Of a stretch of DNA of 64,000 nucleotides, positions 8,114 to 18,099 are shown in pieces. Below the pieces are notes generated by a model. That model worked only from the letters and a program-made list of their open reading frames with translations. It had not been told where the DNA came from and made no database searches. The stretch is taken from IMG/VR virus record IMGVR_UViG_3300025141_000022, positions 120,914 through 184,913 of that record. One strand, given 5' to 3'. How positions within the stretch are numbered: the first letter of the stretch is position 1; each line of letters opens with the position of its first letter. Source of the stretch: a virus. The position numbers were made by a program, and so were the translations under genes.

Positions 8114-10753
8114 ATGGCAGAATACACTCCTGAACAGTTAGCCAGTATGAAAAACCAGATGGAGCAGCTAGAAGCGCTGTCCCGTCGTCAACGACTCAAT
8201 GAATCCGAAGCCCAACAGTTACGAGAGCTTCAGAGAAAATTGGGTGCTGATATTGCAAGATCCAAACGAGAGTTGGTGGCTGATTCAGAAAAACAACTGG
8301 CCATCGAAAAAGAGTTATTAAGCGTTGCAGATAACGCTGCTGAGCGGATTGCCGGCCGCATTGACGTTGCCGAAGCAGAATACGATTTACAAAGAAACAA
8401 ATTACAGCTTTTGCAGACCGAATTAGAGGCTCTTTATGAGGCCGATGATATCAATGAAGAGTTGATCGCAAAGAAAACAGCAGAACTCCAGTTTCAACGA
8501 GACATCACCGCCGAGACAAAAAAGACAGCCCAAGCGGTGTCGAATGTTGAAAAGGCTACCGAAAGAGTCATAGGTTCAACCCTAGGAATTAGTGATGCGT
8601 GGGAAGATACCGTCTGGGGCTCAATAATCAGCGCCGAGGACGGTTTATCACAATTTGGTGATACGCTTAAGTCAACTTTCGGTGATGTAGACAAGATGAT
8701 GGGCTCCCTAACCATGGCTGTGGTTGAGCAATCAGTATCCTTTGCGCTGATGGAGGATGACGTATTAGCCGGCTTTAACAAGGCCACTATGGCTGGAGGC
8801 AGCTATAACACCATGATACAGGACTTGGCTGACTCAAATAGACAAATTGGCGCTTCAATGCAGGATGTTGCCGACACTACTCAAACCCTACATTTAGAAA
8901 TGAGTCGATTTTCGCTCATGAGCACGGGGGCGAAGCAGGAAATGGCTGATTTTGCTATAGGGATGGAAGTGGCCGGCGTAGCGGGCGGCACCACAGCGGC
9001 TTTCCTAGATAATGCAATGCTGACTTTTGGCAAAACTGGCGCAGAGGCTATGGAGATGCAGGAGAGCATATTGGGTTTTGCTGACGCGCTTGGTGTTGCC
9101 GGCGAAGACATGATGGCAGCTTTTATCCAGGCCACCCCTCGCTTGGCGGAATTTGGCGCCGAAGGCGAAAAGGTTTTTAAGGAGTTGGCGGCACAGGCGA
9201 AAGCCACAGGAGTAGAGGTAAATTCATTAATTGGTATTGCCCAAAGTTTTGACACATATGAATCAGCAGCCCAATCAGTTGGTCAGCTAAACGCTATTAT
9301 GGGAGGCCCTCTCCTGAATACAACAGAAATGTTGCTGGCTACAGACTCCGAGAGAATTGATATGCTTGCTCAGTCGATGGAAGCTGGCGAATTGCAATGG
9401 AATCAGATGAATCGTTTCCAAAAGAAGGCTGTTGCAAACGCTGCTGGAATTACTGACATGGCACAAGCAGAAGCTATGTTTTCCCGAGGCGCAGCGGGCT
9501 TACGAGAGCACCAAGCTGCCGTTGAAGCTGAGGCCCTTGCACAAGAAGAACAGAATCGCATGCAAAAGGAAAATGTTACAATGATGAACCAAGTCATGCT
9601 CACTATGCAGGAACTGGCAGTTGCAATTCGTCCATTAATAGAATTTTTTGGAGCTTTAGCCCGTGGCGCTTCCGCAGTCGAAAACTCTACCGGTCTTGTA
9701 ACGGTTGCCGTTCGCACCAGCATCGGCGCTTGGATGGCCTACAAAGCTATCCTGATCGCGACTGGTACCACGAAGGCATCGGTCAAGGGCTTAACTTGGG
9801 CCCTGACCGCTGCGGAAATTAAACAAAATGCCGTCGCACGTTTCGGTTGGCTACTCAGGCTGAAGGATAATGTTACTACCGGTATCTCGAATTCTATCAA
9901 AGCTGTCTCTATCGGACTCTCCGCCGGCTACACCGGTGTTAAGGCAGGTGAAAATATCGTGGAAAACGCTGGCTGGGTTGCAAAGACAGCCTCTACCGCC
10001 GCAGAGTGGGCTGGCATCGCTGCGAGAAAAGTAAAGAATGTACTCGTTGGAATTTCCACACTCCTCACAGGCGCTGAAGGGGCAGCAATAGGCGGTCTTA
10101 CACTTGCAAAGGGCGGGCTCATCACCGCAACTTGGGGCGTGGTCACCGCTACCTGGGCCTCGACCGTCGCGTTCTTGGCCAGCCCAATTGGATGGGTCGT
10201 TGCCGGCGTTGCGCTACTTGTTGCTGCACTTGTTGGTTTGGTAATGTGGTTTGGTAACGTAGAAGCGGCCTGGGATGCGATGGTGACTGGCATGAAAGCA
10301 GTGGCCAAGGTCATGGCCGCTGTCATCCTCTCACCGTTTAATCTTCTCATTGCAATGGCCAATACCGCAGTTGCGGCTGCCGATAAGGTCATGCCAGGCG
10401 ATCAGTCTGGCTGGAAGTTAGACTACCTCGCCCTTCCTAAATTTGCAGCAGGTACCGATGATTTCGCAGAAGGCGGCGCGGCCGTGGTCGGTGAAAGGGG
10501 CGCAGAAATGGTAGTTCTACCACCACATTCGGCAGTTATCAACAATCAAAACACTGAAAAGATGGCCAATGCTACGCAAAACCGAGCAGCTGCCCCAGTT
10601 GCAGCCGCCGCCGCAGGACAAGGGGCAGCCCCCGCAGGCCCGCAAGCACCAGCAGGCCCAACCACGGTTATACTACAGATGAGTGATCGAGAAGTTGGCC
10701 GCGTAGTTATCGACGCAATTAGAAGAAGCCAAGTTCTAAATGTGCAGACTTAG
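8114..10753 (+). CDS. Tape measure protein
   Basis: 879 aa, Ala/Gly-rich and helical, hydrophobic C-terminal third, with the tape-measure tail motif FAAGTDDF...AVVGERGAEMVVLP; expected synteny. Confidence 0.85.
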   Translation: MAEYTPEQLASMKNQMEQLEALSRRQRLNESEAQQLRELQRKLGADIARSKRELVADSEKQLAIEKELLSVADNAAERIAGRIDVAEAEYDLQRNKLQLLQTELEALYEADDINEELIAKKTAELQFQRDITAETKKTAQAVSNVEKATERVIGSTLGISDAWEDTVWGSIISAEDGLSQFGDTLKSTFGDVDKMMGSLTMAVVEQSVSFALMEDDVLAGFNKATMAGGSYNTMIQDLADSNRQIGASMQDVADTTQTLHLEMSRFSLMSTGAKQEMADFAIGMEVAGVAGGTTAAFLDNAMLTFGKTGAEAMEMQESILGFADALGVAGEDMMAAFIQATPRLAEFGAEGEKVFKELAAQAKATGVEVNSLIGIAQSFDTYESAAQSVGQLNAIMGGPLLNTTEMLLATDSERIDMLAQSMEAGELQWNQMNRFQKKAVANAAGITDMAQAEAMFSRGAAGLREHQAAVEAEALAQEEQNRMQKENVTMMNQVMLTMQELAVAIRPLIEFFGALARGASAVENSTGLVTVAVRTSIGAWMAYKAILIATGTTKASVKGLTWALTAAEIKQNAVARFGWLLRLKDNVTTGISNSIKAVSIGLSAGYTGVKAGENIVENAGWVAKTASTAAEWAGIAARKVKNVLVGISTLLTGAEGAAIGGLTLAKGGLITATWGVVTATWASTVAFLASPIGWVVAGVALLVAALVGLVMWFGNVEAAWDAMVTGMKAVAKVMAAVILSPFNLLIAMANTAVAAADKVMPGDQSGWKLDYLALPKFAAGTDDFAEGGAAVVGERGAEMVVLPPHSAVINNQNTEKMANATQNRAAAPVAAAAAGQGAAPAGPQAPAGPTTVILQMSDREVGRVVIDAIRRSQVLNVQT

Positions 10754-10771
10754 TGAAAAGTTTAGCCAATA

Positions 10772-10779
10772 ACTAGTTA
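10772..10779 (+). promoter_or_regulatory. Putative late-promoter motif ACTAGTTA
   Basis: Between the tape measure gene and ORF 10800, followed by SD AGGAG. Confidence 0.55.
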
Positions 10780-10799
10780 GGACAGGAGAGAATATACTA

Positions 10800-11825
10800 A
10801 TGTCATCAGGTCGTGGTCATTTCGATATCTTAGGTAAACAATTTTGGGAAGTAAAAGAAGATTTTGCTGGAGGCTGGGATAATCAACGAGTCTCAGATGG
10901 CAGCACCACATTGGCTGTATCCAACAGGCATTGGACTTGGCTCCATTTTGGGCATGTACCTACTGGCAACGTTGTTAGTTTTAAAGCATTTGTGACAGGA
11001 TTCACTCAAACATTTGAACAAGTTTGGGAAGAAACTAACTCTTATGGTCGAATGGATCCAATTAAGACTTTTACAAGGACTGGAAGAAAAATTAGCCTTC
11101 AGTGGTCTGTTGTTGCTGAATCCCGCGACGATGCTTTTAGAAATATAGATCGCTGCAACGCGCTAGCGCATCTTCAATATCCCATGTACAGTGAAGATGG
11201 AATTATGCAGGCTGCACCCCTAATAAGGGTTAGGTGGATAAATATGATTAAAAATGCCGGCCATGGCTCGACTGACGGTGGTGGTGGAACCAGTGGCCAC
11301 CCCGGCCCGAATAACGGCGGAGTTGGCGGAGATACTTACGGTCTAGTTTGCACAATGAGTGGATTTACATGGGAGCCAGACATGGAAATGGGCTTTGTTG
11401 AGGGCCACGCAACCGATGGAGATGAGGGTTATCCGGCCATGGCCCCTAAATATATTAAAATGAGCACGGAACTTACTGTGCTGCACACACACAAGTTGGG
11501 ATGGAATGAAGACAAGACTCCCCGGATAGAAACCGAGACTAACAGTTACTTTGGCGCCGGCAACTTCCCCATGATGTCAGGTATGCCCTATGCAGACCCA
11601 GATGGCAGCAAAGCCCGCGCTGCAATAGAAGACTTCTTGGAAGCGGCCAGTTCTATTGGCGATGATATTGAAGAAGCCGGCGGGCTGAGCAATTATCTGG
11701 GGAACGAGCTTGGTGATATATCGGATGATCTTGTGTCGCTCATTGAGGGTGGTGCGGAGATGGCTAGCCCGGGCGTGTCCGCCATTGGAGGACTTCTTGG
11801 CCTAGGCGGTGATGACAATGATTAA
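10800..11825 (+). CDS. Baseplate / tail-tube initiator protein (gp48/gp54-like)
   Basis: 341 aa. YGRMDPIKTFTRTGRKISLQW...LAHLQYPMY...APLIRVRW is typical of tube initiators downstream of tape measure genes. Confidence 0.6.
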   Translation: MSSGRGHFDILGKQFWEVKEDFAGGWDNQRVSDGSTTLAVSNRHWTWLHFGHVPTGNVVSFKAFVTGFTQTFEQVWEETNSYGRMDPIKTFTRTGRKISLQWSVVAESRDDAFRNIDRCNALAHLQYPMYSEDGIMQAAPLIRVRWINMIKNAGHGSTDGGGGTSGHPGPNNGGVGGDTYGLVCTMSGFTWEPDMEMGFVEGHATDGDEGYPAMAPKYIKMSTELTVLHTHKLGWNEDKTPRIETETNSYFGAGNFPMMSGMPYADPDGSKARAAIEDFLEAASSIGDDIEEAGGLSNYLGNELGDISDDLVSLIEGGAEMASPGVSAIGGLLGLGGDDND

Positions 11826-11842
11826 TAAAAGAGGACACAAAC

Positions 11843-12211
11843 ATGGCTGTTAACAATTCTAAATCAAATAGATATAATAGAAGAAAAAAAATCACTAACA
11901 CCGGCGGCAGCACTCAACAGAATCGCCGCATTTATTCTGGAGCCCCAGGATCTGGCAGAATTACGCAATTTCAAACGCCCATTTTGCTACAGCCCAGTGC
12001 GCAACAGGTAGCCAAACTAAAACTGAAAGTTCACCACTGGGCAATTGGGGATAAATATTGGAAATTAGCACAAGAACACTATGGAAACCCAGGCTACTGG
12101 TGGGTTATAGCAGCATTTAATAGAAAGCCCACAGAAGCACATGTCCACATTGGTTGTCCAATAATAGTGCCTCACCCTCTCGATAAAATTCTACAATATA
12201 TGGGTGTATAA
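11843..12211 (+). CDS. LysM-like baseplate protein (gp53/tail X-like)
   Basis: 122 aa. GDKYWKLAQEHYGNPGYWWVIAAFN...IGCPIIVP. Confidence 0.7.
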   Translation: MAVNNSKSNRYNRRKKITNTGGSTQQNRRIYSGAPGSGRITQFQTPILLQPSAQQVAKLKLKVHHWAIGDKYWKLAQEHYGNPGYWWVIAAFNRKPTEAHVHIGCPIIVPHPLDKILQYMGV

Positions 12212-12230
12212 GCCCTATACTTAAATCAAA

Positions 12231-15200
12231 ATGTTAAAATCGATAAAAAACACAATCAAACGTTTCTGGTGGGATATAGTCGCTACACATCGGCTTTTGT
12301 TCCACCCCTTCACGAAGCCGGGAACAAAAGCCGACATGGTATGGTCTTGGTGCCTGTTTATTTTGTTTGTCATCTTCTTCCCCGAGCAATCGGGAGATGT
12401 TCAGCTTGCGCACCCCCTCCTCGCCGGCGTTGTCATCCTCGGCGGCATAGGAACCACCGGCTACGCAGCCTACGAGGGCCATAACGCTTATGAAGCGTAT
12501 GAGGAAGCAGAAGAGAGAGCCAGAATCGCAGCCGCCCGCGAAGCAGAACGAGCAGAAGCCCAAGCTCGAATGGATGCGGCCCAAAGCGATCTGGGCCAAG
12601 CTGAAGGAAACCGTAGAAAAGTTCAAAGATTTCTAAACGTTTATATTAAAGAAATGTCTGACATATCCTCTCGCTGGCATCGACAAGGTGGCTGGCAAGG
12701 CATGTGGGAAAATTTTGGAATAGTGGAGTCTGAGTCGCCCGGCACTATAATTGATCAAATAAGCCAACGAGGTGTAAAAGAGTTTATGACTCTTACACCC
12801 GTACAAATGTCTTTGCTGCAGCCGATGTTTCGAATATGGGTTGACGCGTCGATAATATCTCCAGCCAATCTTGCTGCGCCTTCGCCTGGGCAGGGATATA
12901 CTCTAGGACAAGCGTGGCAAACCATGCAATCCTGGGCTGGTGGGGCAGCTAATGACGCCGGAAACTATGTGCAGTTGAAGTTTCCAGATCGTTTAGCGCC
13001 GTCCGACATAGAGGCAATTCTTGACGGTGAACAAACTCGACCAAGTGGAGTGTGGTTTATATCGTTTGACTGGAAGTGGAAGGACATTGGCAATACACCG
13101 ACCATGGAAAATACCATGTTTGATTGCACGCTTAAATTTGGTTGTGAGAGCTTGGCGGCCCTCGACGCACCGCAAGATCCAACTAATCCTAGAACTAACT
13201 TTAAAGAACTTCTAAGGCCGGTGAACCCAGGAACCGCAGTCGGTTGCCGAATACAGGTCGGATGGTCGCCGCCTATAGAGACAGATATTATCGATGGGGA
13301 TCTATCAGACGCAATTCAAAATATGCAAAAAATATTTGATTGCAACATGACCGGCTATAACATTGATTTTAAAGAAAATGGAACTATTGAAGTAGAAGTT
13401 AAATACATAGCCGGCATTGATAAGGCAAACGCAGAGCCGGGAAACGATCTGCTCACTAGAGTAAGTCAAACCTATGAGGATCGTCAAGAAGATCATGACA
13501 AAACGAGAGAGGATGCTGGCCTCACTATGGGCAGCGGAGAGGGCGGCACTGAAGAAGTAATAACTATCCTTAGAGCGCTCGCATCCACTGCGGGCTCAGA
13601 TGGCCTTCGCACCGCAGAACAATCCGGCGCAACCCGCGCAAACGTAGCACGCTTGCAGGAGATATCCGGCTACTTTCAGCCACACCTTGCCGGCGGCGAT
13701 TCGAGCGCCATCGCCGGGCTCTCGTCGGACTCAATCAACGCCATTATGGGCAGTGAAACGACAAACGATGACGGCACCTATCCGGCTCCAGGTCTTAACG
13801 AAACTTATGATGGTGATCCTCGTGCATTGGCCGGTTTTGTTCTTCAACGCGCCGGCGATCTCTTCACCCTTGACGGACAACTTAAAGGAGGCACAACCGC
13901 AGCTGATCTAGAGTCGATAGTCAGATCAGTCGAAGCGGTACAACACTTTCAAGGTCAAACATTTCGTTCAGGATATCGAAATCGCATGGCCGCAGCGTAT
14001 TCGGCTATCATTAATTATCTTCATGAGAACGGTAAGATCTACATGGCCGATCTTGACATCGATCATTTAGTAGAATTAAACCAGGGCACCCTGAGTGATC
14101 CTGATTACATAGATTCTATTGAGGTAAGCAAGGTAACCGGCCTAGGCACCCACTCGGAGGCCATGTTCGACGGGGCCCTGGAGGCGATTGGAGACACCAT
14201 TGAGGTAAATGAAGAATCTCGTCGCGGCGACACTTATGGTGCCGCATGGGATGCTAACTTGACTCAATATGCTAAAGTTAACGCCGAGGACAGGACCGTC
14301 CGCGCAATGTGGTTTTATATGGGTGATGTCCTTGATTATGCTTTTGACAGACGATTCTGGGCAAGAGATGCGCAGCATTTTCACGCTCTTGTCGGGCCGC
14401 TAACACTAGCAGTTCATAAGGCAGGAGAGTCACCTGTTCCCGTTGCTATAAATTTAGCCGATATACCCGTAAACCTTCCTTCGTTCATGGTTTTCATGCA
14501 GCGCCAAATGGAGCGCAGAGGAGGTGGAAACGCTAGAGGCCAATCTGTGGTTCAAGGGCCTCTGACAGTGAAAACTTTTGTTCAGGATCTTTTTCATGAT
14601 GTAATCGTTAAGCGCCTCGGTGCCGCCGCAGACGGCGCCAGTGGAATCCGCGCATCGGCAGATCATAGCAGTGATGGCATCTTGCAAGTAGATGTTATGA
14701 CATTCATGACGGTTCCCTTCGATGATGGAACGTATCTCTTCGATGAGGGCGTAAGAACAAACCTCAGCCCCACCACAGATATCCCGATGATCTTTAGTCA
14801 TCATGTACAGGACGTTCAGAGTTATTATTACATGTTTGCAGCCTCCAACAGAGCAGAAAACTGTACGGGCGATGAAGACGCAGATCAGTTGGTGCCAATT
14901 TATCATTTACGCTATGGCAGAGAGAATGGAATCGTTAAAAATATAAAATTTACACGGGAAGACACAAAGTATTTTCAAGAGGGTGTAATCCAGGCGGCTT
15001 TTGGAGACAATACGGCCGATAGTTCGATAACCACTCAGATACGAGCCGGCTCTGCCCCGAGCTTGCTAAAGTATGTATACAGGTTGGAAGCAACGCTTTT
15101 CGGCAATGTACTTTTCCATCCTGGGTGTAAAATATACCTCAAGCCTGAATACCCAGGCACTCCGATGGATTCTGGTATTATTGCAGATCTTGGCTTGGGA

Positions 15201-15386
15201 GGTTACTATTTTATTACATCGTGTGAAAGCTTTTTAGAGGCTGGAAAGTTTGAAACTAAAATTAAGGGATACTTAGAATTGGTGTATACCGGCACAGCAC
15301 ATGGCTCTGGACAGTTTAATAGCGTGGTGGACGCATTTGGCGCTGGCACTTTTGAGGGCGGGGCCACAGGGGTTGCTGGTGAATAG
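12231..15386 (+). CDS. Large baseplate hub-like structural protein
   Basis: 1051 aa. C-terminal GIVKNIKFTRED...YRLEATLFGNVLFHPGCKIYL...LGLGGYYFITSCESFLEAGKFETKIKG resembles gp27/GPD-type hub ends. Confidence 0.55.
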   Translation: MLKSIKNTIKRFWWDIVATHRLLFHPFTKPGTKADMVWSWCLFILFVIFFPEQSGDVQLAHPLLAGVVILGGIGTTGYAAYEGHNAYEAYEEAEERARIAAAREAERAEAQARMDAAQSDLGQAEGNRRKVQRFLNVYIKEMSDISSRWHRQGGWQGMWENFGIVESESPGTIIDQISQRGVKEFMTLTPVQMSLLQPMFRIWVDASIISPANLAAPSPGQGYTLGQAWQTMQSWAGGAANDAGNYVQLKFPDRLAPSDIEAILDGEQTRPSGVWFISFDWKWKDIGNTPTMENTMFDCTLKFGCESLAALDAPQDPTNPRTNFKELLRPVNPGTAVGCRIQVGWSPPIETDIIDGDLSDAIQNMQKIFDCNMTGYNIDFKENGTIEVEVKYIAGIDKANAEPGNDLLTRVSQTYEDRQEDHDKTREDAGLTMGSGEGGTEEVITILRALASTAGSDGLRTAEQSGATRANVARLQEISGYFQPHLAGGDSSAIAGLSSDSINAIMGSETTNDDGTYPAPGLNETYDGDPRALAGFVLQRAGDLFTLDGQLKGGTTAADLESIVRSVEAVQHFQGQTFRSGYRNRMAAAYSAIINYLHENGKIYMADLDIDHLVELNQGTLSDPDYIDSIEVSKVTGLGTHSEAMFDGALEAIGDTIEVNEESRRGDTYGAAWDANLTQYAKVNAEDRTVRAMWFYMGDVLDYAFDRRFWARDAQHFHALVGPLTLAVHKAGESPVPVAINLADIPVNLPSFMVFMQRQMERRGGGNARGQSVVQGPLTVKTFVQDLFHDVIVKRLGAAADGASGIRASADHSSDGILQVDVMTFMTVPFDDGTYLFDEGVRTNLSPTTDIPMIFSHHVQDVQSYYYMFAASNRAENCTGDEDADQLVPIYHLRYGRENGIVKNIKFTREDTKYFQEGVIQAAFGDNTADSSITTQIRAGSAPSLLKYVYRLEATLFGNVLFHPGCKIYLKPEYPGTPMDSGIIADLGLGGYYFITSCESFLEAGKFETKIKGYLELVYTGTAHGSGQFNSVVDAFGAGTFEGGATGVAGE

Positions 15387-15397
15387 GAAGGATTTTC

Positions 15398-16882
15398 ATG
15401 GGAAGTAAATATTCAAACAAATCGTCTGTTGATAACAAAGAGAAATCAACGCGCACGCTTTTTCTTAACCGGAAGCGATATCGCCGCTACGGACACCCAT
15501 ATGATCAGCGCGTAGGCAAGGATCACACTATGCAAGTGCCAGAAAGCATAGTCCAATATCAGCCGGCTATAGATTTAATATATGAAAAGCCGCTTTATGG
15601 CAAAGTAGATCCTGAAGGAAATGCTATACAGCCGATAAAGTCAAAATTAGCCATGCTTTGGATGGGTGGAGGAACCCATGGCGATTTTTCTGGAAATGTG
15701 CCACTAGCTCTTGATTTTATTGCGCATGCACAAAAAGATTTCTTTAGAGAGTGGAATGATGCAGTAAAAGCCGGCAAAACAAAAACGAAAGAGGGACTTT
15801 TTGTTAACCCCACAGTTGCTCGCGGCGCAGCAGATTTTGTCGTACAGTATCAAGAGCACATCACCACACAAATGTCCTATTTCACCGGTGACTATCTTAC
15901 ATCTATAACAACCCCCTACAAGCACCGCGCACTAAATATCAGCACTTTCGACCATTTTGTTAAGGAATTTTTACGCAGTATAGACGATCCTAGATTTCCA
16001 ACAAAGATAACAAAAACTGCGTTCGCGATATGCGAAGATTCAGAGCCCAGAAACACTGCCTTGATGTTTGATATAGGTGCTGGCAAAGTTGGAGATGATA
16101 ATATCAAATATATGTGGCTAGAAGATCCAAATTGGGAAATGTTTATGAAATTAGCCGCTAGATATGGGTTTGTTGTAGATAAAAATATCCCATGGAGATT
16201 TATAGCGGATTTAGGTTCCCAGCCTATGGCTGAGTATATGGATATGTATGAAACGAATATAGATTTATTGTGGTACACGCACTATGATCGAGTTTATGCA
16301 GGCGACTTAACTACGCTTAAAGCACAATTGTCGCTAGCGTATAACAATTATGTGGCCCAATATCCCTATATAAAGAAGACAGATACAACATGGATTGGAA
16401 AATCTGGCGTTTATACTAATATGGATATGATTTCGGGAGTTTGGCCAACTCCCGCTGCCACGTCAATAAAATATGAAATACTTCCACAGTTAATATATCG
16501 CACTCCCACATCACAGCAAGAACTTGAGCTTCAATATACTGATAGTGACTGGATGCAGCTTTATATTCAAATTAGAAATATTGAATTAGGATATCCTTTT
16601 GATGATATAAAAATGCATTATGTTGCCGATGTTGCAGAACAATTGTGGAAAGCACTTGACATCACGCAAGGAATGCAGTATATTAATACTACATTTGCGG
16701 AGTATCATCTTGAAGAACATGATTTCAACGATAAATATTATAGCAACAACGCAGAAGAGGCACTGCAAGATGCGAGCGCTCGACCCGCAACTAGTGCCAA
16801 TGGCAATTTTACGACTGGTGGTTCACGAGAATCGACCAATATTGGCGGCGGTGGTGCTGGAGGTGCTTCTGGAGGGTATTAA
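15398..16882 (+). CDS. Hypothetical protein (494 aa), probably structural
   Basis: Long ORF in the baseplate cluster. GFVVDKNIPWRFIADLGS; Gly-rich tail; stop overlaps the next ATG. Confidence 0.55.
   Translation: MGSKYSNKSSVDNKEKSTRTLFLNRKRYRRYGHPYDQRVGKDHTMQVPESIVQYQPAIDLIYEKPLYGKVDPEGNAIQPIKSKLAMLWMGGGTHGDFSGNVPLALDFIAHAQKDFFREWNDAVKAGKTKTKEGLFVNPTVARGAADFVVQYQEHITTQMSYFTGDYLTSITTPYKHRALNISTFDHFVKEFLRSIDDPRFPTKITKTAFAICEDSEPRNTALMFDIGAGKVGDDNIKYMWLEDPNWEMFMKLAARYGFVVDKNIPWRFIADLGSQPMAEYMDMYETNIDLLWYTHYDRVYAGDLTTLKAQLSLAYNNYVAQYPYIKKTDTTWIGKSGVYTNMDMISGVWPTPAATSIKYEILPQLIYRTPTSQQELELQYTDSDWMQLYIQIRNIELGYPFDDIKMHYVADVAEQLWKALDITQGMQYINTTFAEYHLEEHDFNDKYYSNNAEEALQDASARPATSANGNFTTGGSRESTNIGGGGAGGASGGY
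16656..16684 (+). promoter_or_regulatory. sigma70-type promoter embedded in CDS, upstream of the polA-like gene
   Basis: TTGACA-N17-TATATT. Confidence 0.55.
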
Positions 16883-18099
16883 TGCTTTTTCAGGCACTTG
16901 ATAATAAGAAAGAATGTGTAGGGATATATTGTAACGGAGAGCTTCTCTTCTCAGATTTGCAAATGTCTGCATTGACCGCGACATGGGACTATTCTCAACT
17001 TTTGGAAAATCAAGAACAAATAGAATACGCACACCTGTATTGTGGAAAAACTCTAGACGAGGCATGTCCAGAACACTTAGATACTCTTTGGGAAGATTCA
17101 AAACAGAAGTTAAGAGCATTTTTGCGCTCATTTCACGAAGCCAAGCTTTCATTAGACGATAACTGTTTTTACGATTTGGTACCAGATCAGTTTTTGATGG
17201 AATATTACGAATGCAGAAACAAGATTACAAACTACGTTTTAAATAATTACGAGCGTCCTGATAATTATGAATTTTTAGCTAACTTGACGAGAGTAACCAA
17301 TCAGATTGCTACTAATAAATTAAATATTGATAAGAGCAGTCTTCGACCGTTGATGTACAAATTAAAGGTTCGAAATTTTATGAAAAAGTTGGACATTGTA
17401 CGACCTTATGTTGAGTATAATATTTTCGGGACAAAAACAGGCCGACTAACGACAAAGAAAAATACCTTTCCAATATTAACATTAGATAAGGAATATCGTA
17501 GAATATTAAAACCAGCAAACGATTGGTTTGTAGAACTGGATTTTAATGCTGCGGAGTTGAGAACTATGTTGGCGCTATCGGGATTACAGCAGCCACAAGA
17601 AGATATTCATGAATGGAATATAAAAAACGTGTTTAAAGAAAATATCACAAGAGACGAAGCTAAGACAAGAATTTTTGCTTGGCTTTATGGGTCCGAAAAA
17701 GAAAGTAAGCGCCTATCTACTATAGATGCTAAAGAAATACTTAGACAAACGTACCAAAGAGAGGGAATTGTTAGCAAGCATTGGACCGGCTCACATGTCA
17801 GAACACGATTCGGTCGGACCATTCCTAGCGATAACCATCATGCTCTCTCTTATATTATTCAAAGTAGTTGTGTCGATAACGTCAATCGGCAACTCATCAA
17901 AATCCACGATAGACTTGCTAACAATACAACAAGAGTTGCATTCACCCTACACGACTCCATCGTCCTTGATGTCCCCAATGCCGAAAGAGGACTCATCCCA
18001 GAATTAATTAAATTATTTTCGAATACCGATCTTGGCAACTTTAAAGTTAATATTAGTGCTGGTAAAAATTTTGGAAATTTAAAGAGGTTAAATTTATGA
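16882..18099 (+). CDS. Minimal family-A DNA polymerase (polymerase domain only)
   Basis: TKTGRLTT; motif A LDFNAAELRTMLA; motif B RDEAKTRIFAWLYG; motif C TLHDSIVLDV. Only 405 aa. Confidence 0.8.
   Translation: MLFQALDNKKECVGIYCNGELLFSDLQMSALTATWDYSQLLENQEQIEYAHLYCGKTLDEACPEHLDTLWEDSKQKLRAFLRSFHEAKLSLDDNCFYDLVPDQFLMEYYECRNKITNYVLNNYERPDNYEFLANLTRVTNQIATNKLNIDKSSLRPLMYKLKVRNFMKKLDIVRPYVEYNIFGTKTGRLTTKKNTFPILTLDKEYRRILKPANDWFVELDFNAAELRTMLALSGLQQPQEDIHEWNIKNVFKENITRDEAKTRIFAWLYGSEKESKRLSTIDAKEILRQTYQREGIVSKHWTGSHVRTRFGRTIPSDNHHALSYIIQSSCVDNVNRQLIKIHDRLANNTTRVAFTLHDSIVLDVPNAERGLIPELIKLFSNTDLGNFKVNISAGKNFGNLKRLNL

Noticed and set aside
8114-10753. Ala/Gly/Thr-rich periodicity in the tape measure as a novel repeat system
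   Set aside because: Typical low-complexity helical repeats of tape measure proteins; no exact DNA repeat array was seen.
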